Source: Erysipelotrichaceae bacterium
Lineage (GTDB): Bacteria; Bacillota_I; Bacilli_A; Erysipelotrichales; Erysipelotrichaceae
Assembly: GCA_017404785.1 (NCBI GenBank)
Contig: JAFRBQ010000008.1
Coordinates: 104,212-168,211 of the forward strand
DNA: 64,000 nt
Direction: 5' to 3'
Shown here: positions 10,901-18,381 of the stretch, in pieces
Layout: each line of letters opens with the position of its first letter
Numbering within the stretch: the first letter of the stretch is position 1
Position numbers and translations under genes: made by a program
The notes under the pieces: model-generated
Databases searched by the model: none
Told to the model about the DNA's origin: nothing
What the model saw: only the letters and a program-made list of their open reading frames with translations

Positions 10901-11615
10901 GTTCAGAATGTCAAAGAACAATGACAAGGTAATTATCAGTAAAGATGCTGAACCTGGCACATACTACATTAAGGTAAGTTCAGTAATCAATACGCCGCTT
11001 GACTATATCATCGATGACAGTATTTTCGACCATATCCAGACGATCATGATCGAATGGACAGTTGTTGAAAAGCCGATCGAAGATGAAGAAGATCCTGATG
11101 CTGTAACAGACGGAGGCGAAAAATCTGAAAAAGAAACCGATGGTGAAGAAACACCTCCAGAAGAAGGTGAAGGTGATGGTCAGCCGCTTGATGGACAGAT
11201 AGTTGCTGGTGGCAATAATGAAGAACCTGGAGCAACCGATAATAATACTGACGGTTCTAATGGTGACGATAATTCCGGAAATGGCGATGATTCAAATCCG
11301 AAAAACGGTAACGATGAACAGCCAAATGAAGGACAGGAAAATGATGGCCAGAACCAAGATAACAACCAGCAGCCAACTGATGGTCAGGGATCTGAAGGTC
11401 AGCAGTCAGAGAATAATCAGCAGCCAACTGATGTTCAGCAGCAGCCTAACAGCGTACAGACTCAATTACCTGAAAATCCTGTTGTAACAGGAACTGAAGA
11501 ACCTTCTAACGAAGAAGAGAAAACAGATCCAGAGAACAACATGGTAGTTGAAGGTAATCAGGAACCTGCAGTTGAAGGCGAACAGCCTGAACCGGCTCAA
11601 GGAGAAGGCGAATAA
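4986..11615 (+). CDS. giant (2209 aa) N-terminally anchored surface protein with MBG-type and Listeria-Bacteroides (Flg_new-like) repeats
   Basis: GGGGAG RBS and an N-terminal hydrophobic anchor (ILGAALLLLLLLIGSCG). About 7 YDG/NAGEY..TYT modules, then about 10 modules with the pattern F.GW...FDF..PIT..ITL.A.W. Acidic, Q/N/G-rich tail. No LPXTG motif. Confidence 0.85.
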   Translation: MENNSKHNQKIILGAALLLLLLLIGSCGILHGFDFFKKDNSMTVTEEQNNLPSPLVYSSVEQTDSFVGAQDGEGEITYTLIRALDEKGIYVDYFSLLNDKSTEIVVAPYTPAGRYELLIRATAAGDGDHKSSSKEFIVYITVNKANSVYDVMPTPIEGLIYNGNNMDLINPGSCSTGTIYYKVDDGEWSTSIPQAKEAGTYTVYYKVVGDRNHADIPEQSFTVTIDQATVGSKPQSQTVVYDGNRHSINYTTPAHVSKSGDASGINAGEYKATYTPEGNYVWNDGTNNPVTVTLTISRAVVNKPTNTDVVKPYTGSAQNNGYSKPDGVTMSGNDSGTKAGKYTATYTPDSNHIWNDGTTDSVTVTLTINNASVNKPTETSVVKVYNGEVQDNGYKTPEGVKMTGSNSGINAGEYEATYTLLDNYVWSDGTTDQVTVVLTINKAPVNKPRRTSVVKTYNGRSRSNNYSKPDGVTMTGKDSGVNAGEYKATYTLKDNYIWSDGSTDQITVTLTIKRAKLEVPTIAGIDRTLGIDSVEYDGDKHKAIISNYNKRLISASNTRSRRNVGEYTITLSLNNSNYEWADGTVENKEIKWSITAKKLAVPTVTKTFTYKPNTRQGVTERDLKPYNKTLMYIVSSEKHINAGEYTVTVGLRNKRNYCWILEDGTTTTENQEIPWTINKAENPIDIVKWQAVVTDYSGKEQTVAFILPSHARGEVTYEVKSAKHTGTSTTIDNISIKDNKLCLAPGTDVGIYTVVVGVHAAGDDNYLPYDGDMTVTLTVKAPNYTIKFNGNGSDRGLVVDQTIYGILKGDRLYYNQYVRDAYEFTSWNTEIDGSGESFEDEQYVTYLDLAPYEQDGVITLYAQWAPKTLKVFYELNGGSFAQKDIDENNIVYEYTVEDEPFALCYPVKRHYDFEGWSGSGLSKITKDVTVDPSKAKSNRVFTANWTGAPTDLLLIKLPDSFSDFNPLDILTNVTHKKEAVIYGEKYGDSLPAIGADVGYYGGWYTLLGKEVTKDSTATTYVDKQLYENVKALIQQFVPEEYRSYIDLADLVLNLLSVDLDNTIILIGREIPYTNISYKVNHYVETLDLNGYDLLKSETRFGSTDAKIVGEDIALNITGFSLVEQDGDDKINADGSSSVALYYDRDKYLIEFDSRGGSDIEPQEVPYDGLVTRPTEIPKYGENVFSGWYYNGKLFDFENTRIRGKITLYARWNVEGSVNVFARPFDPETGGVSGTGTYELGDEVILTAYANENYRFVEWTDGNTDNPRRFTVTQADVVAKELEFVAKFEKISARSLVNYDQVTYTAKPGDTIDVTDVFSSILLIDEFYFNGSEENPLTFDIDKSILVSRNKAYVFVDENAKDGTYSIDVTVEPFRLDLIHRKSTVKINVEVETEKFAVRFNSMGGTFVNAQYVPVGEKAVEPADPYREGYDFICWALDEEEFDFDTPITKDITLEAQWDVEGEETFEITVTSANESKYGTVSGGGDYHKGDTAIIKAVPNRGYKFLYWNNEEDQLTSSTMPITVESDAEYVAHFDVFDDGWFNYDKKYYLSAAGEDMNISDVFKKYDGGFDIVPIDPVEGNPLNVEIKEWKILWITYREAHLTVNSNAVPGQTYTIKVVPKNNRDTYMIIDVEIGYSVTFDLSPIIYVDLLNETNMIKPGSSVEKPDFEWLQKVFDRFELDYDVAQFTWYLDGALYNFDNPVTSNITLKLGWRDKYTVTFMLDDTVEYIQDEVIKGERVAEPAIPTVKGKIFLYWSLNGEAYDFSQPINNDTTLTAVWKEGITVTFDYNDKDRVTYQTIDSGEKVTAPNDTVSNGRVFEGWYLNGEAFDFDTPITENITLVAKWTEKEYQVLYDTNGGTPVSIKNNVHWNDADLTPDNDPRPILPIYVFSGWYVDELCTVPYRGQTYAELVNYNDDIEYVVLYAGWYDRSIVHYTDKFSSVAGEEAEYEIKTDDDYYLLFREYEILDASNASMFRMSKNNDKVIISKDAEPGTYYIKVSSVINTPLDYIIDDSIFDHIQTIMIEWTVVEKPIEDEEDPDAVTDGGEKSEKETDGEETPPEEGEGDGQPLDGQIVAGGNNEEPGATDNNTDGSNGDDNSGNGDDSNPKNGNDEQPNEGQENDGQNQDNNQQPTDGQGSEGQQSENNQQPTDVQQQPNSVQTQLPENPVVTGTEEPSNEEEKTDPENNMVVEGNQEPAVEGEQPEPAQGEGE
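5694..6530 (+). repeat. four tandem ~216-nt (72-aa) coding repeats (MBG-like modules)
   Basis: Each repeat unit ends in VTVTLTI..A.VNKP..T and contains SG.NAGEY.ATYT...NY.W.DGT. More diverged copies flank the array (about 5455-7030). Confidence 0.7.
11075..11612 (+). repeat. low-complexity acidic, Q/N/G/E/P-rich coding tail
   Basis: The translation is dominated by E, D, G, Q, N and P. NNQQPTDGQ / NNQQPTDVQ recur about 60 nt apart. Confidence 0.6.
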
Positions 11616-11634
11616 GCATTAAGCCAAAACAAGT

Positions 11635-11664
11635 AAAAGGCGATTGGAATTCCAATCGCCTTTT
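11635..11664. terminator. bidirectional intrinsic terminator between convergent genes
   Basis: Perfect 30-nt palindrome AAAAGGCGATTGGAATTCCAATCGCCTTTT. Confidence 0.75.
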
Positions 11665-11685
11665 CTTATGGATTGTTAAATTGCT

Positions 11686-13161
11686 TTAGTCTCTTCGATA
11701 TAAGTCTCGGGTATAGACTTTATCTTCCACATCATCCAGACAGTTGTCATATCGGTTGGCGATAATGGCGTTGGACTGTTTCTTGAATTTGCTCAGATTA
11801 TTTACGACTTTAGATCCAAAGAAGGTATCACCGTCTTTAAGCGTCGGTTCATAGATTATTACTTCTGCTCCTTTGGCTTTGATACGTTTCATTACACCCT
11901 GGATTGATGACTGACGGAAGTTGTCAGAATTGGATTTCATTGTCAGACGATATACTCCGACAATGACTTTCTTTTCCTTCTTGCGGTCATATTGAGCGGA
12001 GTTTCCATAAGCTCCGGCAATATCGAGAACTCGGTCGGCGATAAAGTCTTTTCTGGTCCTGTTGGACGAGACGATCGCTTCGATCAGGTTTTCCGGAACA
12101 TCTTCGAAGTTGGCTAACAACTGTTTTGTATCTTTAGGTAAGCAATATCCTCCATAACCGAATGACGGATTATTGTAGTGAGTGCCGATTCTAGGATCGA
12201 GACATACACCATCGATAATATCCTTGGTATTGAGACCTTTTGTCTCGGCGTAGGTATCAAGTTCGTTGAAATATGAAACTCTTAAGGCTAGATAGGTATT
12301 CGCAAACAGCTTTACAGCTTCGGCTTCCGTAAGACCCATGATGAGTGTATCGATGTTTTCCTTGCGGGCGCCATTTGACAGCAATGTCGCAAATTCTTTT
12401 GCTGCTTTGACATTTTCCTTATTTTTAAGATCGGTTCCGACAATGATCCTGGAAGGGTAGAGATTGTCGTATAAGGCTTTTGATTCTCTTAAGAACTCAG
12501 GAGAGAAGAGAATACGATTGTTTTTCTTCTCCTTCCTGATTCTTGATGTAAAGCCAACCGGGATCGTCGATTTGATGACGATATATGCCTTTGGGTTATA
12601 CTTCATGACCAGATCAATAACAGCTTCAACAGCACTGGTATCGAAATAGTTCTTTTGTGGATCATAGTTGGTTGGAGCAGCGATCACAACAAAGTCAGCG
12701 TCTTTATAGGCATACTTAGGATCAAGTGTTGCTTCAAGATTGAGTTTCCTGTTCTTGAGATAATCTTCGATATATTCATCCTGAATCGGAGATTTCTTTT
12801 TGTTGATCATTTTGACCTTTTCTTCAATGATATCGACTGCCTTGACTTCATTGTGCTGCGCCAGAAGGACTGCGATCGACATTCCGACATAACCTGTTCC
12901 GGCTACTGCGATCTTTTTTGGTGAAACTTTAACTTTGTTTGCTTTGTTTGGTTTTTCTTTTATATCTTCAAAACTGAAATTAAGAACTTCCATGAGATCT
13001 TCAAGTTGAAACAGCGATGGCATGTAGATGCCGTTTTCGATTTTGGAGATCATTGCTCGATTTATATTGGCTTTTTCTGCAAGCTCGGCCTGAGACATAG
13101 AGAGAGCTTCTCTTTTGTTTCTGATGGTCCGGGCCAGTATTTCCTGACTTATTCTTTCCAT
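11686..13161 (-). CDS. ugd: XRE-family HTH domain fused to UDP-glucose 6-dehydrogenase
   Basis: ATG at 13161 follows GGAGG. Residues ~1-65 form an HTH_3-like domain ([25 protein letters not shown]). The rest is a HasB-like dehydrogenase ([43 protein letters not shown]). Confidence 0.8.
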   Translation of the reverse strand: MERISQEILARTIRNKREALSMSQAELAEKANINRAMISKIENGIYMPSLFQLEDLMEVLNFSFEDIKEKPNKANKVKVSPKKIAVAGTGYVGMSIAVLLAQHNEVKAVDIIEEKVKMINKKKSPIQDEYIEDYLKNRKLNLEATLDPKYAYKDADFVVIAAPTNYDPQKNYFDTSAVEAVIDLVMKYNPKAYIVIKSTIPVGFTSRIRKEKKNNRILFSPEFLRESKALYDNLYPSRIIVGTDLKNKENVKAAKEFATLLSNGARKENIDTLIMGLTEAEAVKLFANTYLALRVSYFNELDTYAETKGLNTKDIIDGVCLDPRIGTHYNNPSFGYGGYCLPKDTKQLLANFEDVPENLIEAIVSSNRTRKDFIADRVLDIAGAYGNSAQYDRKKEKKVIVGVYRLTMKSNSDNFRQSSIQGVMKRIKAKGAEVIIYEPTLKDGDTFFGSKVVNNLSKFKKQSNAIIANRYDNCLDDVEDKVYTRDLYRRD

Positions 13162-13265
13162 AAGCACCTCCATGATCATGTTACAGAAAATTACAATAAT
13201 AATCAATAAATAAGTATACAATGTTATTTAATAGTAACAAAGAATAATGAAAAAAAGCATAATAA

Positions 13266-13295
13266 AACTGCAATATTTTAGCATTGCAGTTTTAT
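13266..13295 (-). terminator. intrinsic terminator of the hydrolase gene
   Basis: AAAACTGCAAT ... ATTGCAGTTTT hairpin immediately 3' of the reverse-strand stop at 13306. Confidence 0.55.
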
Positions 13296-13305
13296 AATCT
13301 ATAAA

Positions 13306-14235
13306 CTAATATGCGTAAGAATCAAAGAAATCGATGATACCTTCTTCAACTTCCTCTTTAAGATCGGCGTAATTGTGGATCTCATGACGATAGCCGCTGT
13401 AGAGGGTAGTCATAACATGATGTCCTGTATCGATAAGCCAGTTGGCACACTGATACACACCTGTTCCATATTGGCCTACCGGGTCCTGATCTCCGGCGAT
13501 ATTGTAGATCGGCAATTCCTTAGGAACCTTTTCAGCCCATTCCAGTCCGGTGATGTCTTTCATCATCTGCTGGAAATACAGCCAGGCTCTGTTGCAGGTA
13601 GGCCTTGAGAAAGCATCAAATGGGTCTTCAGCATGGTCGTTCTGCACATATGGAGAATCGCAGATCCATTCATTACCAAGTCTTACACCTTCTTCGCAGC
13701 GGGCAAACATCCAGCCCATGAAAGTTGCACCAAGAGTAGGATCAGCTTCATCACCTTTGCCTTCATCTACCATTTTCTGCAAAAGAGCGATATTGTCGTC
13801 AAGGTTTGGCCAGACACCGGTCGTGCCACAGATCGTAGCGGCTGTTAAGTCTTCACCGAAACGGGCCATATACTGTCTGGTAATGAAGGAGCCCATGGAA
13901 TGGCCGTACATGAAATATGGCAGATCAGGGTATTTTTCGACGACCAGATCATGGAATCTCTTTTCATCCATTACCATCGTTTCAAATCCTTTATCACCCC
14001 AGTTGCCCCAGCAATCGTTTTCCAAAGCAGTTTTGCCATGTCCGACATGGTCGTTTGCGGCAACGATATACCCGGCCTCCATGAAACTGGTGATCATATG
14101 CAGATAGCGGCGGGAATGCTCGCCAAAGCCGTGAATGAGCTGAATGATGCCTAAAGGCAGGCAGGCTGGAACATAGATCCATCCATAGACCTGATCACGC
14201 TCATTGAAGGAAGGAAATTTTACCTCATGAAGCAT
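13306..14235 (-). CDS. alpha/beta hydrolase (lysophospholipase / monoacylglycerol-lipase-like)
   Basis: HGFGEHSRRY and the nucleophile elbow GHSMGS. ATG at 14235 with an AAAGGA RBS is preferred over the GTG at 14265. Confidence 0.75.
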   Translation of the reverse strand: MLHEVKFPSFNERDQVYGWIYVPACLPLGIIQLIHGFGEHSRRYLHMITSFMEAGYIVAANDHVGHGKTALENDCWGNWGDKGFETMVMDEKRFHDLVVEKYPDLPYFMYGHSMGSFITRQYMARFGEDLTAATICGTTGVWPNLDDNIALLQKMVDEGKGDEADPTLGATFMGWMFARCEEGVRLGNEWICDSPYVQNDHAEDPFDAFSRPTCNRAWLYFQQMMKDITGLEWAEKVPKELPIYNIAGDQDPVGQYGTGVYQCANWLIDTGHHVMTTLYSGYRHEIHNYADLKEEVEEGIIDFFDSYAY

Positions 14236-14364
14236 ATTATGAATTATCCTTTCTGAGTGAAACACTCTTATAAATCTATATTAACATTCTTTATATGTTT
14301 TCTTAGTCAGCATGATCTTAAAGTCCTGTTATTGTGATCGGAGCCGCATGTTTTTTAATATATA

Positions 14365-15276
14365 ATGGTAGATATGAAGAAGAAAACTTTAATAATATGC
14401 TTAATAATAATTTTGCTTGGAGGTGCCATTGTGTTTGGTCTGCTTTTTAAAAACAATTACAAACGTCAGATGTCCATTGCGCAGCTGAAAAAGAAAGAGC
14501 CTCAGTATACAGGCCTGATATATGCTTCTTTGGCTAATGGCGGAGGAATGAACGGTGAACATTATCTCACCAGCATCGGCTATGATGATGATAAGAAGAT
14601 AATCTACACAACTGAACAGAGTCCGGAACATTATGTTCCTTCAATGGTCAATGTCTACGAAGTTGAAGATCCTGAAGCAATGAAGGAACTTGATGCGTTT
14701 GTCGCCGAATACAACATGTCTGTCTGGGACAAGGTACCATTATCAGACCTGCAGGTTCTGGATGCCCCAAGCACCTCTTTGAATCTGCGTTTCAAGGCCA
14801 GCGAAGATCAGAAATATGCCGATTATATGACCATAAGCTATGAACGTGACCTTTCCAAAGAGTGTTTTGATGTCCTGCATGAATTCACAAGAAAGATGAC
14901 CTCATATCCAATGAAGAAGATTGATCAGTATTTTGAGGGTTATAAGGAGAAAAAGATCTATATCGGCAAGGATATCGAAAACAGTGATGATGATATAAAA
15001 GAAATCCTGTGCGGATATTTCGAAGATGAAGAAAACAAAGCATTTGTCGATGCTTATGAGGGAAATCTGAGGATACGCGGTATCGGAAGTGATGAATATG
15101 TCGATTATGAACTATCTGATGATTCGATAGTTCACGAACAGTTAAAGGACTATGATTCTTCATGGTATGTAAAATATGGAAATGAAGAAAATGAACTGTA
15201 TGTGACCTGTTCATATGAAGAGATCTTTATTGAAGATACGCAGGGCAATACTTATACTTTGAAAAGATATTTATAA
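14365..15276 (+). CDS. hypothetical membrane-anchored protein
   Basis: Single N-terminal TM (LIICLIIILLGGAIVFGLLF) followed by an acidic soluble domain. No family recognised. Confidence 0.55.
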   Translation: MVDMKKKTLIICLIIILLGGAIVFGLLFKNNYKRQMSIAQLKKKEPQYTGLIYASLANGGGMNGEHYLTSIGYDDDKKIIYTTEQSPEHYVPSMVNVYEVEDPEAMKELDAFVAEYNMSVWDKVPLSDLQVLDAPSTSLNLRFKASEDQKYADYMTISYERDLSKECFDVLHEFTRKMTSYPMKKIDQYFEGYKEKKIYIGKDIENSDDDIKEILCGYFEDEENKAFVDAYEGNLRIRGIGSDEYVDYELSDDSIVHEQLKDYDSSWYVKYGNEENELYVTCSYEEIFIEDTQGNTYTLKRYL

Positions 15277-15291
15277 AAGAGGTAGATGAAG

Positions 15292-16302
15292 ATGAGTTTG
15301 GAGAACAAGACAATCCTGATAACCGGAAGCAACGGTTTTATCGGATCAAATCTAGCCAGCAGATTGCTGGAAAAATATGAGAACATTCATATCATCGGTG
15401 TCGATAATATGAATGATTATTATGATGTGTCCTTAAAGGAATACAGACTGAAAAAACTTAATGAACTGCATAAGGACTACACTTTCATCAAAGGTGATAT
15501 TGCCGATAAGCAGTTCATTGATAAGCTTTTTGAAGATCATCATTTTGACATCGTTGTCAATCTGGCTGCCCAGGCTGGCGTGAGATATTCGATCGATCAT
15601 CCTGATGTCTATATCTCCAGCAATGTCATCGGTTTCTACAACATCCTTGAAGCTGTAAGATATCATCCTGTTGAACATCTTCTGTATGCCTCAAGTTCTT
15701 CGGTATACGGTGGCAACAAGAAGGTTCCTTTCTCCACGGATGACAAAGTAGATAATCCTGTTTCTCTGTATGCCGCCACCAAGAAGACCAATGAACTGAT
15801 GGCTTATACCTATTGTCATCTTTATGGCATCAGGTCGACCGGTTTAAGATTCTTCACCGTCTATGGTCCGGCAGGAAGACCTGACATGGCCTACTTCTCC
15901 TTCACCAATAAACTGCTGAAGGATGAAAAGATCAGGATCTTCAATTTCGGCAAGTGTGAAAGAGACTTCACCTACATCGATGATATAGTGGAGGGCATTG
16001 AAAGGATCATGGTCAAAGGTCCTAAGGAAGACTACAATGTCTACAATATTGGAAATTCTCATCCGGAGAATCTGATGGATTTTGTCTACACTCTGGGGAA
16101 TGCGCTAATCGAAAATGATATCCTGCCGAAGGATTTCAATATTGATGAACATATGGAACTGGTAGAGATGCAACCAGGTGATGTGCCGGTAACATACTCC
16201 GATACTTCGCCATTAGAAAAAGATTATGGTTTCAGGCCGGCCACATCATTAAAAGACGGACTTGCCAGTTTCGCAAAGTGGTATAAGGAATTCTATAAAT
16301 AA
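15292..16302 (+). CDS. NAD-dependent epimerase/dehydratase, UDP-glucuronate 4-epimerase-like
   Basis: GSNGFIGSNL Rossmann motif, SSSSVYG and the YAATKK catalytic motif. ATG at 15292 has better RBS spacing than the ATG at 15286. Confidence 0.75.
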   Translation: MSLENKTILITGSNGFIGSNLASRLLEKYENIHIIGVDNMNDYYDVSLKEYRLKKLNELHKDYTFIKGDIADKQFIDKLFEDHHFDIVVNLAAQAGVRYSIDHPDVYISSNVIGFYNILEAVRYHPVEHLLYASSSSVYGGNKKVPFSTDDKVDNPVSLYAATKKTNELMAYTYCHLYGIRSTGLRFFTVYGPAGRPDMAYFSFTNKLLKDEKIRIFNFGKCERDFTYIDDIVEGIERIMVKGPKEDYNVYNIGNSHPENLMDFVYTLGNALIENDILPKDFNIDEHMELVEMQPGDVPVTYSDTSPLEKDYGFRPATSLKDGLASFAKWYKEFYK

Positions 16303-16305
16303 AAC

Positions 16306-16326
16306 GACAGCCTATTCAAGGCTGTC
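16306..16326. terminator. hairpin between convergent genes
   Basis: GACAGCC / GGCTGTC stem overlapping the 3' end of the reverse-strand GtrA gene. Confidence 0.45.
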
Positions 16327-16704
16327 TTTAAATACATAGTACTTCTGATACAGGAATTCGGTGATAAGGTTTATCAGCATGTTGAATCCGGTGACCAGAT
16401 AATCGTTGAAATGAAGGGTCCCGGTCAGATAGTTTCCCAAGATCGTTGTTACAGGAGTGAAGATCAGATAATAGACAAACACCTTGAACATCGCCAGCGG
16501 GACATTGGAAGCTGATTTGAAAGTGAACTTCCTGTTAAGGGTAAAGTTCCAGAGAATGGACAGAACAAGCGAGATCACGTAGGATGGCCACCAGCCCATC
16601 TTGATCAGATCGTTGAAGATGGCAAATGTGCCTATCTGGATTATTCCTGCCGATATGGAAAACAGTGTAAATTTGATCGACTGCAAAAGATCTTCTTTTT
16701 TCAT
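16312..16704 (-). CDS. GtrA-family membrane protein
   Basis: 130-aa polytopic protein with GtrA-like motifs (WNFTLNRKFTF, YQKYYVF). Confidence 0.75.
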   Translation of the reverse strand: MKKEDLLQSIKFTLFSISAGIIQIGTFAIFNDLIKMGWWPSYVISLVLSILWNFTLNRKFTFKSASNVPLAMFKVFVYYLIFTPVTTILGNYLTGTLHFNDYLVTGFNMLINLITEFLYQKYYVFKDSLE

Positions 16705-17126
16705 ATACTTCTCCTTATATAGGCATCAGCCTTTTTCAGTGCTTCTTTCATATTGCCGAAACTCAATATTTCAATGGTTTCATTATAAGGAAGAAGCAGT
16801 ATTTCTTCTACCTCTTCTTCCTGCCTGTGCGGTATCTGATTTTCATAATATCCGATATAGTAGATCGAAGTCTTTGCCTTGCCATTAGGCATGATGTAAT
16901 TTAGTTCCTGTTTAAAGGAAGTATCAAGACTTATATCGATACCGGTCTCTTCCTTTACTTCTCTGATCGCGGCTTCAGCCAGAGTCTCATCTTTTTCAAG
17001 ATGGCCTTTAGGGAAACCGTAGTTTCCATGAAAGTCCTTTATAACCAGATAAAGGATATCTTCATTGTGTTTCGTATAGACTATGGCACCGGCACTGATC
17101 TCTTTAGTTCTTTTTTGCGTATTCAT
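16701..17126 (-). CDS. NUDIX hydrolase (Ap4A-hydrolase-like)
   Basis: Nudix box GHLEKDETLAEAAIREVKEETG. 4-nt overlap with the downstream GtrA gene. Confidence 0.8.
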   Translation of the reverse strand: MNTQKRTKEISAGAIVYTKHNEDILYLVIKDFHGNYGFPKGHLEKDETLAEAAIREVKEETGIDISLDTSFKQELNYIMPNGKAKTSIYYIGYYENQIPHRQEEEVEEILLLPYNETIEILSFGNMKEALKKADAYIRRSI

Positions 17127-17165
17127 TTGACAGCACTTTTCCCTTCAATATTATACAATGGTGTT

Positions 17166-18035
17166 ATGAAATTGCTGATGCTGATAAATGCCAAATCGGG
17201 AATGAAGAACTCCAAGAGCCGTCTTGTTGATGTGCTCGACATCTTCTGCCGGAATGGCTATGATGTCACAGGCTATGTGACGCAGAAAAGAAATGATGCC
17301 TATGAATATCTGATGAAGAACAGAGTCAAATATGATGTCGTCTGTGTTTTTGGCGGTGACGGAACGATGAATGAAGTTACCAACGCTCTGATGAGAAAGA
17401 AACACCGACCGCTGATCGGCTATTTCCCAAGTGGCACAATGAATGACTTCGGTTCCAATTTTGATCTGGGAAACGATTTTGTCAGTATTGCGAGCAGGAT
17501 CATGGAAGGCAACATCAGAGAATTTGATGTCGGACAGTTCAATGACAGGTATTTCAATTATGTAGCTGCTTTTGGAGCCATGTGCGACGTACCTTTCACG
17601 ACTGACCGCAATGCCAAGGAGATCCTGGGCAACATCGCCTATATTCTGGAAGGCATCGGCAAACTGCCGGAGATCAAGCCCAACAAGGTGAAATACACCA
17701 TCAATGGCAAGACCTACAGCAAGGATGTTCTCTTCGGTCTGATCTATTCAGGCAATAGAGTAGCGGGCATGGAACTGGAAGACAAGAAGCGTTCACATAT
17801 CGATGACGGGATGTTCAATGTACTGATCGTCGATTATCCGCTGGTTCTGATCGATCCGCTGGAATTATGGGATACATTGTCCAATGGCACAAAACTAATC
17901 CATCGCTATCGGACGGATCGCTTCATACTCGAAACGGATGACGATCTTGTTTGGACACTTGATGGTGAAAAGGCTGAAGCCAGAAACAGAGCGGAAATAA
18001 AGATCTACAAAAGAGAACTTAAATTATTGGCCTAA
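17166..18035 (+). CDS. diacylglycerol/lipid kinase family protein (YegS/DagK-like)
   Basis: Starts MKLLMLINAKSG. GGDGT motif (VFGGDGTMNEV). The ORF-track start at 17001 overlaps the NUDIX gene and a TTGACA box. Confidence 0.8.
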   Translation: MKLLMLINAKSGMKNSKSRLVDVLDIFCRNGYDVTGYVTQKRNDAYEYLMKNRVKYDVVCVFGGDGTMNEVTNALMRKKHRPLIGYFPSGTMNDFGSNFDLGNDFVSIASRIMEGNIREFDVGQFNDRYFNYVAAFGAMCDVPFTTDRNAKEILGNIAYILEGIGKLPEIKPNKVKYTINGKTYSKDVLFGLIYSGNRVAGMELEDKKRSHIDDGMFNVLIVDYPLVLIDPLELWDTLSNGTKLIHRYRTDRFILETDDDLVWTLDGEKAEARNRAEIKIYKRELKLLA

Positions 18036-18036
18036 T

Positions 18037-18065
18037 AAAAATGAAGACTTGATGTCTTCATTTTT
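18037..18065. terminator. bidirectional intrinsic terminator
   Basis: AAAA-ATGAAGAC / GTCTTCAT-TTTT hairpin between convergent genes. Confidence 0.6.
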
Positions 18066-18267
18066 CATCCGGATCATTAACTGCCTTGACGCCATATTTG
18101 AATTCCAGTTCATTTACAGCCTGTTCACATATATCAACTACGAAGGTTGAGAAATAGGAATCTTTAAAGGCAGCTATGCGATCGATTCTGTCCGCCAGGT
18201 CTTTTGGAAAGCGGATCGTCTTGTTTAAAGTTTCCTTCTTTTTCTTTGGATTAAAATCAAACTCCAT
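18058..18267 (-). CDS. small putative ribbon-helix-helix DNA-binding protein
   Basis: 69 aa. KTIRFPKDLADRIDRIAAF..STFVVDICEQAVNEL fits a beta-strand/helix/helix RHH pattern. Divergent from the methyltransferase gene. Confidence 0.5.
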   Translation of the reverse strand: MEFDFNPKKKKETLNKTIRFPKDLADRIDRIAAFKDSYFSTFVVDICEQAVNELEFKYGVKAVNDPDEK

Positions 18268-18299
18268 ATGCTATCTACCTAACTTGATTTTATTGCTTT

Positions 18300-18328
18300 T
18301 TGCAAGAACTATCAGCATTTTCTTATAT
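18300..18328 (+). promoter_or_regulatory. candidate promoter of the methyltransferase gene
   Basis: TTGCAA (18300-18305), 17-nt spacer, TTATAT (18323-18328). Confidence 0.45.
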
Positions 18329-18334
18329 ATTATA

Positions 18335-18358
18335 TTTTGCATTGCAAAATGCAATGCA
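18335..18358. promoter_or_regulatory. nested inverted repeats (candidate operator)
   Basis: TTTTGCA-T-TGCAAAA (18335-18349) overlaps TGCATTGCA-AAA-TGCAATGCA (18338-18358). Both dyads are perfect. Confidence 0.5.
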
Positions 18359-18381
18359 GATGAATTATGATGGGAATATAA

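Noticed and set aside
11044-11487. Alternative-frame ORFs (11044-11235 -, 11180-11365 -, 11203-11487 +) inside the 3' end of the giant gene.
   Set aside because: They fall in the low-complexity GA/CA-rich tail, where every frame is open. The frame continuous with the 2209-aa protein is the only one with upstream support.
17001-17165. Upstream ORF-track starts taken at face value. Examples are 17001 for dagK, 232 for the aminotransferase, 30019 for pyrG, 51245 for the flavodoxin, 32549 for paralogue 2, 13221 for ugd, 1992 for the AsnC gene and 60584 for prfB.
   Set aside because: Each extension overlaps a neighbouring gene, a promoter box or a hairpin and lacks an RBS. An internal ATG or GTG with a good Shine-Dalgarno sequence gives a family-typical N-terminus. 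For prfB the true N-terminus is upstream, reached through the frameshift.
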